Assembly (NCBI GenBank): GCA_040389905.1
Contig: JAZJZK010000030.1
Location: 1-64,000, forward strand
DNA: 64,000 nt
Direction of reading: 5' to 3'
Source of the DNA: Gemmatimonadota bacterium
GTDB taxonomy: Bacteria > Gemmatimonadota > Gemmatimonadetes > Gemmatimonadales > Gemmatimonadaceae
A model generated the notes under the pieces. It was not told where the DNA came from. It searched no databases and saw nothing but the letters and a program-made list of their open reading frames with translations. The position numbers and the translations under genes are program-made. The number at the start of each line of letters is the position of its first letter. The first letter of the stretch is position 1. This document shows positions 29,382 through 39,531 of this stretch, one piece after another.

Positions 29382-30974
29382 ATGACCATCCCGGAAGCAA
29401 CCGTCCCGAATTCGACAGAAGATCCGAATGTCGACGCGGACGGAGCCGGCGACGATTTCGCCGAGCCAACGGCCGAGGTTGAGGCGCCGCGCTCGCGCCG
29501 GGCGCTGTTCGCCGCCGGAGCCGCCGTCCTCGCCGCGTCGATGGCGCCGCGCTCGGCCCGCGCGCAAGGCCTGAAGAAGCCCAAGCCGGTCACCGGTACT
29601 CCCAACATCCCGAACGAGATGCCCGTCGCGCCCGTGGAATGGGCAAGCGACACGATGCGGTTGCTGCGACGGATCACGTATGGTGTGACCGACGCAGACG
29701 TCGCGGCGGTGAAGAAGTACGGCTATCGCGGCTACCTCGAGCGGCAGCTCGACTACACGAATATCGACGATTCCGCCACCCAGGCGTTCATCGCCGCGAA
29801 GTACCCGTTGCTCACGCAGACGAACACCGAACTGTTTGCGGCGAATGCGGCAACAGTCGAACAACAGCTCCAGCAGGCGACGCTCTATCGCGCGGCGTTC
29901 TCCAACCGCCAGTTGTACGAGCGCATGGTCGAATTCTGGTCCGACCATTTCAATATCTCGATCGACAAGGTCGGCTACCTGAAAGCGACGGACGATCGCG
30001 ACGTCATCCGCAAATACGCTCTCACGACGTTCCCGAAGCTGCTCATGGCGAGCGCGAAGAGCGGGGCCATGATGTCCTACCTGGACCAGAACGCGAGTCG
30101 AGTGGGATCGCCGAACCAGAACTACGCGCGCGAGATCATGGAGTTGCACACGCTCGGCGTCGACGGTGGCTATACGCAGAATGATGTCGCCGAACTCTCG
30201 CGCGTGCTGACCGGGTGGACGATTGCCGGGCGCGGTGATTTCAGCTTCAACGCGAACATCCACGACTGGACGACGAAGACGGTGATGACGCTCAAGATTC
30301 CAGCGGGTGCGCCCTCGCAGGGGTCCGCGGGAATCCTGGAGGGAGAGCAGGTCATCGCGTATCTCTTGGCGCATGAAAACACGGCAACGTTCATCAGCAC
30401 CAAGATGTTGCGGTGGTTCCTCAGCTACGACCCAACCGATGCCCAGGTGGCGGACGTCGTCGCGGTGTACAAGAGCACCGGTGGCGACATCAAGGCGATG
30501 ATTCGCACGATCTTGAACTCCGCGTGGCTGCGCGCAGCACCGATGAAGTTCAAACGGCCATTTCACCTCATCGCGTCAGCGTTGCGCACGACGACACCGA
30601 CGGTCACGAACGTCGCGGGCGTCAACAATCAGCTTCTGACCACAGGGCAACAGCTCTTCAACTGGGATACGCCTGACGGCTATCCCGACAAGGTCGAATA
30701 CTGGGCGGGCAATCTCATGACTCGGTGGAATTTCGCCGCGTACTACACGGCGCTAGCGGCGGGTGAAACCATCTTCGACGTCAATGCATTCATGAAGGGC
30801 AATACGGCCGATACCACAATTGCCGAGATCGACAAGCGTCTCTTCGCAAGTGAGATCGACCCCGCGTTGCGAACATCGCTGACGACGTATCTCAAGGCGC
30901 AGACCTACAGCGCGGCTCGTGTGCGCGAGACGCTTGCACTCGCGATGAGCGCGAACTCCTTCCAGTGGTATTGA
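29382..30974 (+). CDS. DUF1800 family protein (Tat-like leader)
   Basis: SRRALF; QLYERMVEFWSDHF, YLDQ, PNQNYAREIMELHTLG. Confidence 0.9.
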   Translation: MTIPEATVPNSTEDPNVDADGAGDDFAEPTAEVEAPRSRRALFAAGAAVLAASMAPRSARAQGLKKPKPVTGTPNIPNEMPVAPVEWASDTMRLLRRITYGVTDADVAAVKKYGYRGYLERQLDYTNIDDSATQAFIAAKYPLLTQTNTELFAANAATVEQQLQQATLYRAAFSNRQLYERMVEFWSDHFNISIDKVGYLKATDDRDVIRKYALTTFPKLLMASAKSGAMMSYLDQNASRVGSPNQNYAREIMELHTLGVDGGYTQNDVAELSRVLTGWTIAGRGDFSFNANIHDWTTKTVMTLKIPAGAPSQGSAGILEGEQVIAYLLAHENTATFISTKMLRWFLSYDPTDAQVADVVAVYKSTGGDIKAMIRTILNSAWLRAAPMKFKRPFHLIASALRTTTPTVTNVAGVNNQLLTTGQQLFNWDTPDGYPDKVEYWAGNLMTRWNFAAYYTALAAGETIFDVNAFMKGNTADTTIAEIDKRLFASEIDPALRTSLTTYLKAQTYSAARVRETLALAMSANSFQWY

Positions 30975-30984
30975 GGCAGCGGCA

Positions 30985-32298
30985 ATGACGACCGACCTGC
31001 ACGACGAGGATTGCGGGTGTCCTGAGTACCGCGAGTTGACGCGACGGCAGTTCGTCGGCGCCGCGGGTGGCACCATGGGTGCGATGGCCGCGAGCTATTA
31101 CCCCGCGTGGTTGCCAAAGGTGGTGTTGGCCGAGACGTATGCGGGCGCGCGCGATGTGTTGCTGTCCGTGTTCATGCGTGGCGGAGCGGACGGCCTCTCC
31201 CTGTGCGTGCCCTTTGGCGATGCGTCCTACTACACGGGGCGCTCGACGATTGCGGTGCCGCGCCCTGACGCTGCCGGCAACACGGCGACCAAGGGCATCG
31301 CGCTCGACAACTTCTTCGCGTTTCCGCAGGCGATGTCCGGCCTCATGACCGCGTACACCGCGAAGGACCTGCTGATCGTTCATGCGACGGGTCAGTTCAA
31401 TAATTCGCGTTCGCACTTCGACGCGCAGCGGTACATGGAGGTCGGGAAGCCGCTGGACCCGACGCTCGTGACGGGTTGGTTGGGTCGCCATCTCGCGAGT
31501 GTGCCACCCCTTCGGAGCAACGCACCGTTGCGCGCGCTGGGCCTCTCCAACGGCCTGCCCAAGTCACTGGTGGGCGCGCCGAAGACGCTGCCGATCTCGA
31601 ATCCAGCGAACTTTGCCCTCAGCGGCACCGCGGCGACGGCGGCCTCGCGACTCGCATTTCTCGCCTCGGACTTCGCGACCGCCAGCGAGCCGGTGCATTC
31701 CTCGGCACTCGACGCGACCAACACGGTGGCGTTGCTGCAAGCCGTCGGCATTGCGGCATACAAGCCAGCAAATGGCGCGGTCTATCCAACAACGAATTTC
31801 GGCAATGCGCTCAAGTCTGTCGCCGCGTTGATCAAGGCAGATATCGGGATCGAGGCGGCGCAGGTGGACATCGGCGGTTGGGATACGCATTCGGCGCAAG
31901 ACCCGCTCGCCGGCTCCATGTTCCGCACGATGCAGGATTTCTCGAACTCGCTCGCGGCGTTCTATCTGGACTGCGTCACCACGGCGACGACCAATGGTGT
32001 CACCGCTGTCGCCGTGTCCGAATTCGGGAGGAATGCGAAGGAAAACGGGAGTGCCGGCACCGATCACGGGCGAGGCACGGTGATGTTTGCCATGGGGAAG
32101 AACATCGCCGGCGGTCGCGTGATGGTGAATAACTGGCCCGGCCTAGCGATTCAGAATCTCGAGAACGGGCAAGATCTCAAGGTGACGATCGACTACCGCG
32201 ACATTCTCGCGGAAATCGTCAAGAACCGGCTGGACAACGCGGCGCTCGACGTGGTGTTCCCGGGCTGGAATACGACGATCCGCGGGGCGACGCGATAA
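30985..32298 (+). CDS. DUF1501 family protein (Tat-like)
   Basis: TRRQF; MRGGADGL, SRSHFDAQ, GGWDTH, SEFGR, GTDHG. Confidence 0.9.
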   Translation: MTTDLHDEDCGCPEYRELTRRQFVGAAGGTMGAMAASYYPAWLPKVVLAETYAGARDVLLSVFMRGGADGLSLCVPFGDASYYTGRSTIAVPRPDAAGNTATKGIALDNFFAFPQAMSGLMTAYTAKDLLIVHATGQFNNSRSHFDAQRYMEVGKPLDPTLVTGWLGRHLASVPPLRSNAPLRALGLSNGLPKSLVGAPKTLPISNPANFALSGTAATAASRLAFLASDFATASEPVHSSALDATNTVALLQAVGIAAYKPANGAVYPTTNFGNALKSVAALIKADIGIEAAQVDIGGWDTHSAQDPLAGSMFRTMQDFSNSLAAFYLDCVTTATTNGVTAVAVSEFGRNAKENGSAGTDHGRGTVMFAMGKNIAGGRVMVNNWPGLAIQNLENGQDLKVTIDYRDILAEIVKNRLDNAALDVVFPGWNTTIRGATR

Positions 32299-32329
32299 TC
32301 CGCATTGACGAGGAACCGCAAGAAGCATT

Positions 32330-32393
32330 TACCACAGAGGACACAGAGGACTGCGTACTCTCTTCTCCGTGACCTCTGTGTCCTCTGTGGTTA
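32330..32393. repeat. REP-like palindrome (ACCACAGAGGACACAGAGG...CCTCTGTGTCCTCTGTGGT)
   Basis: Long perfect inverted arms between convergent genes; may also act as a terminator. Confidence 0.7.
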
Positions 32394-32408
32394 ATGCAGT
32401 TCCGTTCT

Positions 32409-33026
32409 CTACTGAACCGTCACGATCCCAGTCATCTCGGGATGCGTCGGACAGGTGAATGCGAAATCCCCCGAACTGGGAAACGAGACCGTGAAGTACT
32501 TGGACGTACTCACGGGGATGTAGGCTGGCGAGCCCGTCTTCGTCGCGAACTGCACGTCGTGCCCGATGCCATCGAAGCCCAGCGCGAACACGAGTGAGCC
32601 ACCCTTTTGGACGGTCACGAAGTTGGGACTGAAGGCGCGACCGACAGTAAAAATCGTATCTATTTTCTCGGAAGGAACTGGGTTGGCAACCGTCAACCCA
32701 TAGCTGCCCGCGATTCCGGAAATCGTGGCCGAGATCTGCACTTGCCCATTCGCCACGCCCGTCACTTTTCCATTTTGGTCCACGGTTGCGACGGCATTCG
32801 CACTCGAGCTCCAAACGAATGTGCCCGGAGTGGCGATTGGCGCCCCCGCCGCATCCGTCGCGGCCGCGATCAACTGCACGGCCTGGCCGGGCTGAATCGT
32901 GGTCACCGTGCCCGTGATCGTGACCTTGGCGACGACGCGTTGCGGCGTCGTCGTCGTGCCTTGGTCACCGCCACAGCCCGCAGCGAATGCGAGCGCGACG
33001 ACGAGTGTGATGTGGCGTGGGCGCAT
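32409..33026 (-). CDS. Lipoprotein with Ig-like (Big_2) and cupredoxin domains
   Basis: Lipobox AAGC; VWSSSANAVATVDQNGKVTG; type-1 copper ligands H...CPTHPEM. Confidence 0.85.
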   Translation of the reverse strand: MRPRHITLVVALAFAAGCGGDQGTTTTPQRVVAKVTITGTVTTIQPGQAVQLIAAATDAAGAPIATPGTFVWSSSANAVATVDQNGKVTGVANGQVQISATISGIAGSYGLTVANPVPSEKIDTIFTVGRAFSPNFVTVQKGGSLVFALGFDGIGHDVQFATKTGSPAYIPVSTSKYFTVSFPSSGDFAFTCPTHPEMTGIVTVQ

Positions 33027-33219
33027 AACGGATCGTGGATTGCTGGAAGCGGCGTGAACAAATGGGTCAACTTCCTGTGCGACGTGCCGCATTCGCGAAC
33101 GTTACTGTTGGCGCAGGGCAGAGGAAAGGCAACCGAGACACTTGGAGTTGTGTGTGTGCGTGGGCATCTTTCGTGGCGGCCGGGCGACCGCACGGCTGAG
33201 GTCCTCCGTCAGTTACTTC

Positions 33220-33699
33220 ATGCCGAACGCTACCCGCCAAACTCAATCTGCCCCGCCGCACGATCCCATGGCGGCAGTGCGTGCCTGCGCCGACGCCATG
33301 TACCGTGGCGCGATGGAATGCTGCCGACAACATGATCGTGCCGCGAAAATATCCGGCGCCGAAGAACCCGAGCTCGAGCACAAGCACCTCGACGCGCTGT
33401 GCGCCATGTGTGATGGCTCGCTCGGCGAGTTGACGGACGCGTATACCGCCGCGGCGGCGCACGTCCATCCGGACCGCGACGAAGCCTGGTGGCACAAGGC
33501 GAATGCGCTCTGGCACGCTAGCCGCGAGTACGCGCGGCGCCATGCCGGTTGCGACCGCCTCGCCAAGGGCGTCTCGAGCAAGCATAGCCCGGAAAACCTC
33601 AAAGCCATGCAATTGGAGTACGAGTTGGAGGCATCATCGCTGTTGGCGCTCAAGCACGCCGCCACGGTGTACCAGAAAACGCGGCCTGGTCTGATCTGA
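33220..33699 (+). CDS. Hypothetical helical protein
   Basis: ATG at 33220; coupled to the next gene by a TGATG overlap. Confidence 0.65.
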   Translation: MPNATRQTQSAPPHDPMAAVRACADAMYRGAMECCRQHDRAAKISGAEEPELEHKHLDALCAMCDGSLGELTDAYTAAAAHVHPDRDEAWWHKANALWHASREYARRHAGCDRLAKGVSSKHSPENLKAMQLEYELEASSLLALKHAATVYQKTRPGLI

Positions 33700-34277
33700 T
33701 GGCAGCAAGGAAACGATCCGGTACCACGTCGACATCGGCGAAGCGGCCGAGCAAAGCAGTGAAGACGAAGGCGAAGCGAGTCGCAAAGCGGGGCATCCTC
33801 GCTCGCTATCCATGGAAGGAAGACCCCAACCCGTACGTCGAGTTGCGGACGTCCTCGATCCAGGGCACCGGCGCATTCGCCACCCGCGCGATCAAGAAAG
33901 GCACGCGGATCATTGAGTATCTTGGGCAGCGTATTTCCTGGCGGACTGCGGACAAACGGTACGATGACGACAAGATGGGGCGTCATCACACCTTTCTCTT
34001 CACCGTCGATGACAAGGTCTGCATCGACGGCGCGGTGAAGGGGAATGCGGCGCGCTTTCTCAACCACTCGTGCGACGGCAATTGCGAGGCGATCAACGAC
34101 CGGAAGCGCATTTTCATCGACGCCCGGCGGAACATCAAGGCGGGCGAGGAGCTGCTGTACGACTACCAGTACGAACGAACCGACGAGCACACGGAAGAAG
34201 ACGAGAAGTTCTACGCATGCCGGTGCGGTGCGAAGAAATGCCGGGGATCCATCCTCGCACCGAAATCGACAAGCTGA
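33699..34277 (+). CDS. SET-domain protein-lysine methyltransferase with post-SET motif
   Basis: GTGAFA, ARFLNHSC, GEELLYDY, CRCGAKKCRG. Confidence 0.92.
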   Translation: MAARKRSGTTSTSAKRPSKAVKTKAKRVAKRGILARYPWKEDPNPYVELRTSSIQGTGAFATRAIKKGTRIIEYLGQRISWRTADKRYDDDKMGRHHTFLFTVDDKVCIDGAVKGNAARFLNHSCDGNCEAINDRKRIFIDARRNIKAGEELLYDYQYERTDEHTEEDEKFYACRCGAKKCRGSILAPKSTS

Positions 34278-34281
34278 CGCG

Positions 34282-35169
34282 ATGTCGTCCGTGACGATGC
34301 GCGCACTGCTCGCCGAGTCGATCGACTACGCGGGTCTGTTCCCGCCGGCGGCGCAGTCGATGCGCGCGGTCGTTGCGAACTACGATGCGTACCGGCGCTC
34401 GACGGATGCGTGGGCATTGGGGCGACTGATCGTCCCCGCCGTGCGCCTCACCGAGTTGTGGGAACGCGGGTCCCAGCTCGAGCGGGGCCACGGGCCAACA
34501 TGGCGCGTGAGCGCGGTCAGTGGTGGCGATGTGGCGAAGGACTCCGAACAGATCGCCGCCTTCAACGCGGTGGCGGACGGAGCGATGCTCGTTGACGTTG
34601 CCGAGGTGCGCGCGAGCTCCGTGGCGGAAATTCGCGCCGTGACACGCGCATTCGCCGAATTCTCGTCGGTGTTCATCGAGATCCCATTGACGCACGAGCT
34701 GCCGACGCTCCTCGATGCCATCGTCAGCGGAGGCGCAAAGGCAAAGATTCGCGCCGGTGGGACCGTGCAAGATGCATTTCCATCGCCCGTCGACGTTGGG
34801 CGCTTTCTCCGCGGATGCGTCGAGCGAGCATTGCCCTTCAAGGCCACGGCGGGACTGCATCATCCGCTGCGTGGCGCGTATCCGCTGACGTATGAGCGCA
34901 ACGCGGCGTGCGCAACGATGTTCGGCTTTCTCAACATGTTGCTTGCCGCGTCACTCGCGCGCGCCGGTGCCGACGAGTCCACAATCATCGAGATGCTGGG
35001 CGAGAGCGATCGCGCAGCCCTCACGTTCGATGACGAGGGCGCGACGTGGCGTGGAATGCGCATTCCACGCGTGGCCATCGCAGACACGCGCACGAAGTCG
35101 TGCTTGTCCTTCGGCTCGTGCTCCTTTCGTGAGCCCCTCGATGAACTTCTCACGCTGGGCATGCTGTGA
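34282..35169 (+). CDS. Conserved hypothetical protein coupled to fahA
   Basis: IDYAGLFPPA, FKATAGLHHP, GFLN, SFGSCSFREP; overlaps the fahA start. Confidence 0.8.
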   Translation: MSSVTMRALLAESIDYAGLFPPAAQSMRAVVANYDAYRRSTDAWALGRLIVPAVRLTELWERGSQLERGHGPTWRVSAVSGGDVAKDSEQIAAFNAVADGAMLVDVAEVRASSVAEIRAVTRAFAEFSSVFIEIPLTHELPTLLDAIVSGGAKAKIRAGGTVQDAFPSPVDVGRFLRGCVERALPFKATAGLHHPLRGAYPLTYERNAACATMFGFLNMLLAASLARAGADESTIIEMLGESDRAALTFDDEGATWRGMRIPRVAIADTRTKSCLSFGSCSFREPLDELLTLGML

Positions 35170-36506
35170 CACGAACGGCGCTTGACGAAACGCGCATCGC
35201 GGGACTCGTCTCGTGGGTTGAATCTGCACAGGATTCCGCGAGTGATTTTCCGATTCAAAACCTGCCGCTCGGCATGTTCAGCGTCGAGCGTGCAACGTGT
35301 CGCCCATGTGTCGCCATTGGCGATCAGGTGCTGGACCTGTGCGCGGCTGAACAGCAGGGGCTCCTGAGCGACGCCCTGGGCTCAACGGTCTGGGAGTGCG
35401 CACGCGGTGGATCCCTCAATGCGCTCCTGCACGAAGGACGCGCGGCGATCTCCGCGCTTCGCGTCCGGGTGAGCGAACTCCTTCGCGCCGACACGCACGT
35501 GGGCGTCCGCGCAAAGGCGATGCGCTCGGCGTTGCTGAAACCGGCTGCATCGGTGAACCTTGGCCTTCCGTCGCGCGCCGGCGACTACACCGATTTCTAC
35601 GCGTCGATCCATCACGCCACGAACGTCGGGAGCATGTTTCGTCCGGACAACCCGCTGCTTCCCAACTACAAGTGGGTGCCAATCGGGTATCATGGTCGCG
35701 CGTCGTCGCTGGTTCCCAGCGGTTCCCTGATTGCGCGCCCGAGTGGACAGACGCGCGACGAGACTGCGGCCGCTCCCGCGTTCGGGCCGACGCGACGGCT
35801 CGACTATGAACTCGAAGTGGGGGCGATCATTGCAGGCGGAAATGCACGGGGTCGCGCGATCCCGATAGCCGACGCGGAGTCGTTCGTCGCCGGTTTGTGT
35901 CTGGTGAACGACTGGTCGGCGCGCGACGTGCAGGCGTGGGAATACCAACCGCTCGGGCCATTCCTCGCGAAGAATTTTGCTACCACCGTTTCGCCGTGGC
36001 TCGTTACGCTCGATGCGCTGTCGCCCTTCCGTTCTCCCGCGTTCGCGCGCGCCGAGGGTGATCCGGCGCCGCTGCCGTACCTGGACAGTGATGACAACGC
36101 GCGCGCCGGAGGCTTCGACATCAGTCTCGAAGTGCTCCTCTCGTCCGCGAGAATGCGCGCGGAGCAGGTTGCGCCGATGCGCGTGACTATCGGGAACTTC
36201 ACGACGATGTACTGGACGGTCGCGCAGCTGGTCACGCACCACGCGAGCAACGGATGCAACCTCGTCGCCGGTGACCTCATCGCCAGCGGAACGGTGAGCG
36301 GCGCGGAGAAAGAGTCGCGCGGCTGTCTTCTCGAGCGAACGTGGCGCGGTACCGAGCCGCTCACGTTGCCCAGTGGTGAAACGCGCACGTTTCTCGAGGA
36401 TGGCGACGAGGTAATCCTTCGTGGCTGGTGCGAGCGGGACGGGTATCGCCGGATCGGATTTGGGGAATGTCGTGGTATCGTCATTCCGGCCGAACTCCCC
36501 CGCTAA
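35166..36506 (+). CDS. fahA: Fumarylacetoacetase
   Basis: FPIQNLP, DYTDFYAS, GYHGRASS, LDYELE, NDWSARDVQAWEYQPLGPF. Confidence 0.95.
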   Translation: MTRTALDETRIAGLVSWVESAQDSASDFPIQNLPLGMFSVERATCRPCVAIGDQVLDLCAAEQQGLLSDALGSTVWECARGGSLNALLHEGRAAISALRVRVSELLRADTHVGVRAKAMRSALLKPAASVNLGLPSRAGDYTDFYASIHHATNVGSMFRPDNPLLPNYKWVPIGYHGRASSLVPSGSLIARPSGQTRDETAAAPAFGPTRRLDYELEVGAIIAGGNARGRAIPIADAESFVAGLCLVNDWSARDVQAWEYQPLGPFLAKNFATTVSPWLVTLDALSPFRSPAFARAEGDPAPLPYLDSDDNARAGGFDISLEVLLSSARMRAEQVAPMRVTIGNFTTMYWTVAQLVTHHASNGCNLVAGDLIASGTVSGAEKESRGCLLERTWRGTEPLTLPSGETRTFLEDGDEVILRGWCERDGYRRIGFGECRGIVIPAELPR

Positions 36507-36633
36507 ACGTCGCTGCTGAGCCAACTATCCGTAGATTGAAGAGCGGATTTCACGGATGCGACGGAACGACCAGATCGTGCTCATCGAGCATCAGGAAGCT
36601 TCCGTGCAGATCCGTCTGACCCGCTCCTAAATC

Positions 36634-36776
36634 CAATGCTGTTCAGTGAGGCTGTCGTCCCGAGCGAAGTCGAGGGATCTGCACTTGCCGCCTGTATGCG
36701 GGGTGCAGACCCTTCGACTCGCTTCGCTCGCTCAGGGTGACAATCATAGCCATGCCCGCCTAACTGAACAGCATTG
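36634..36776. mobile_element. 143-bp MITE with 19-bp terminal inverted repeats and a 10-bp target-site duplication
   Basis: TIRs CAATGCTGTTCAGT(G/T)AGGC at 36634-36652 and 36758-36776 (1 mismatch); CTCCTAAATC duplicated at 36624-36633 and 36777-36786; internal REP-like hairpin 36653-36742. Confidence 0.85.
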
Positions 36777-36795
36777 CTCCTAAATCCATGAGTGC

Positions 36796-38211
36796 ATGAC
36801 GTCACGATTGACACTGCGCGGCGGAGCAGCATCAGGGAGCGGATCTCGCCTGTGGCTTGGCGTGTTCCTCGTACTCAACGCCTGCGGCGGCGGACTGCAG
36901 GTTCCCGAGCCGGGGCTCGAGCCACGCGCCGGCCCAGTGCTCCCGCCAGCGGAGCCAGCGGTCATCGCGCTCCCGATTTCCATTTCACTGGGCAAGATTC
37001 GCAGTGCGCTCTCCGCGCAGTTTCCTGCGGGCGACTCGCTGACGCAGGCGCAATGCGTGTCATTGGGTGGTGCCGTGTGTCACCAATACGTGTACCGGCG
37101 CGACTCACTCGAGCTGCACATGAGTGGCGATCGCATCGACCTGCTTGCGCGGTTGCGCTATCGCGGGCGCGTTGCGCTGGGTGGCGTGGCGGGACTCGCG
37201 AGCTGCGGCTATGCACCGGAGTCGATGAAGCGCGCTGAATTGCGCGCCGCGACCGCGCTGTACTGGCGGAACGATTGGCGGCTCGCGTCGCGCAACACGT
37301 CACTTGGCGTGACGCTGCCGGATCCCTGTCAGGTGACACTGCTCAAGGTCGACGCGACTCCCTTGATGAAGCGGATCGTCGATGGCCAGGCGGAGCGGTT
37401 GAAGCAGCAGCTCGACAGCGTGATTCCGGCGCTCGCGGATCTGCGTCCGTCGGCCGACTCACTGTGGCGCGCACTGCTCAAGCCCATCGCGCTCGATTCT
37501 GCCAGCACGGTGTGGCTCTCGATGAATCCCGAGAACGTCGCGCTCGCACGCCCACTCGGCCGCGGCGATGCGTTGACGACCGCCGTCGTCATCACGGCTC
37601 GGCCGAAAGCGGTGATTGGCGCGGCGCCCGCCAGGGATCGTCGCGCGCTCCCCACACTTGGTCTTGCCACGACGGCGAGCGGTATCCACGTGCCGGTCGA
37701 CATCGAATTGCCATTCCTGTCACTCAGCGCGCGAGTGACGCAGTTGATGAAGGGCGAGATTCCCGAGGCGAACGTCACCGTGGACAGCGTACGGATCTGG
37801 GGCGTCGCTGACACGATGGTGGTCCGCGTATCCGTGCGTGGCACCGTCAACGGTGACCTCTTCGCACTCGGCCGCGTGCAATACGATTCGGTGAACCGGC
37901 ACCTGCTCGTCTCGGATCTCAAGTACACGTTGGCAAGCGACAGTCGAATGAGCCGCTTCAAGGCCACGATCGGCTCGTATCGAATCAAACGGGCGCTCGA
38001 TCAGGCGACGGGGCACGGGCAACTCGATATCGGCACGCAGCTGGACTCGCTGCGCCGGCAACTCACGGCGCAGCTCAATCGGCCATTGGCACCAGGTGTG
38101 TCCGTGAGCGGCAGCGTGAATGACATCCGTATCTCGCGGCTCGCGACGTCGAACACCGCCTTCGTGCTGCGTGTCGTACTCGACGGGGCTGCCAGGCTCC
38201 TTGTTCAATAG
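36796..38211 (+). CDS. Lipoprotein, DUF4403-like
   Basis: Lipobox LNAC; long beta-rich ORF with strong codon bias. Confidence 0.65.
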   Translation: MTSRLTLRGGAASGSGSRLWLGVFLVLNACGGGLQVPEPGLEPRAGPVLPPAEPAVIALPISISLGKIRSALSAQFPAGDSLTQAQCVSLGGAVCHQYVYRRDSLELHMSGDRIDLLARLRYRGRVALGGVAGLASCGYAPESMKRAELRAATALYWRNDWRLASRNTSLGVTLPDPCQVTLLKVDATPLMKRIVDGQAERLKQQLDSVIPALADLRPSADSLWRALLKPIALDSASTVWLSMNPENVALARPLGRGDALTTAVVITARPKAVIGAAPARDRRALPTLGLATTASGIHVPVDIELPFLSLSARVTQLMKGEIPEANVTVDSVRIWGVADTMVVRVSVRGTVNGDLFALGRVQYDSVNRHLLVSDLKYTLASDSRMSRFKATIGSYRIKRALDQATGHGQLDIGTQLDSLRRQLTAQLNRPLAPGVSVSGSVNDIRISRLATSNTAFVLRVVLDGAARLLVQ

Positions 38212-38218
38212 AGCAGCG

Positions 38219-38424
38219 AACTGACGTACGAGGTACCCGGAACCGTGTACCCGGACTGGCATCCAACCCAAGAAGAGCCATCGACACGGTCGATCGCATC
38301 GACCCGACGCCAAACGCCGTCCCGAGGTTCGAGGACGGCGTTCTTCGTGACACCACTCTCGATGGCTCCTTTTGGCCGTTATGCCAGTCAGGGTACCGGA
38401 GCCCGGGTCCTTCGTACGTCTGTT
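38219..38424. repeat. ~206-bp long palindromic repeat / MITE-like element, copy 1
   Basis: Ends AACTGACGTACGAGG...TTCGTACGTCTGTT; homologous to 49240-49451. Confidence 0.8.
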
Positions 38425-38426
38425 AG

Positions 38427-39347
38427 TTACCGCCTGACGGAGTCGGGTACCACGCCAGCCGGGTAGGGAACCGGCTCTTTCGTCAGCCCCTTCACCTTGA
38501 TCGACTGGCCGATCTTGATGCGGTCGCCCACAATGCCGTTGAGTGCCCGCACCGCTTCGGGCGTGGTGTTGTACATCTTCGCCACGGACGCAAGCGCCTG
38601 TCCGGGCCGCACCGTGTGGTACCACTCGCGACGACCATTGTGGATGGCCACCAGACGGGCGCGATCCTTCGCGCGTCGCGCTTCGCGACGTTGCCAGCCG
38701 ACCGCACGCAGGCTGCCGTACTTCTTGGCGACGGCGGCAAGCAATTTGTCCGCGTCGGCCGACGCGCCGGACGGGATGCCAAGCGTCAATGTGCCGGCCG
38801 GAGCCCGAATCCGAACGGCGCGCGACAACCACATGAGCGTACGCGCTGGCGTAACCATGGCCAGCGTGTCGATCGGCCAGTCGCGCTGATCGAATGTTGG
38901 GGGTGCGTCCGCAGGGCTGAGTGGATCGCGCGGTTGCAGCCCGAGATAGAGCAGGCGACCGCCAACGGGATGCGTCGAATCCGGGCTCGCATCGGTGAGG
39001 ACGAGCAGCCCGCGTGTGGGCCGAAAATAGTCCACTGCGGGCCGCTGCCACACGCTGACCTCCGCGAGAATCCGCTCGCCGGACTTGAGCGCGCTGAGTC
39101 GCAGTTCCCGTTCCGTGAAGACGCGCGCGTCCCTCGGATCCGACCGCACGGCGTGATACGCGATTTGTACGACGATCAGGAGTGCGGCGAGACCGACGCA
39201 CCAGCCGAGGTACTTGAGCCAGACCGGGTAGGCTCCGCGCCGTCTGCGACGACGGTTTCGGCGGGGCATGACGTCCCAGTTGGGCAGGTTGCTGGTGTCG
39301 CCTGTCCAGACGCCATCGGTTTGGATTGGGATCGGTGCATTGCTCAC
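38427..39347 (-). CDS. Membrane-anchored LysM-domain protein
   Basis: N-terminal TM; C-terminal HTVRPGQALASVAKMYNTTPEAVRALNGIVGDRIKIGQSI. Confidence 0.88.
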   Translation of the reverse strand: MSNAPIPIQTDGVWTGDTSNLPNWDVMPRRNRRRRRRGAYPVWLKYLGWCVGLAALLIVVQIAYHAVRSDPRDARVFTERELRLSALKSGERILAEVSVWQRPAVDYFRPTRGLLVLTDASPDSTHPVGGRLLYLGLQPRDPLSPADAPPTFDQRDWPIDTLAMVTPARTLMWLSRAVRIRAPAGTLTLGIPSGASADADKLLAAVAKKYGSLRAVGWQRREARRAKDRARLVAIHNGRREWYHTVRPGQALASVAKMYNTTPEAVRALNGIVGDRIKIGQSIKVKGLTKEPVPYPAGVVPDSVRR

Positions 39348-39531
39348 GCGATTCTGTATGGGAAGAACAGTGCCGCGGCGTCAGCCGAACCACGCAACTT
39401 GTGATGTAACAAATGTTGCAGAAGAGCTTGTCATAAGCTGTAACCCTTGTTACCCTCAGTGCACTACCGTTGGTGCCGTTTTCCCACGTGCGCCTGCCTC
39501 GGCCCGTCGTTCTGCATGACCGGAGGCTCGT

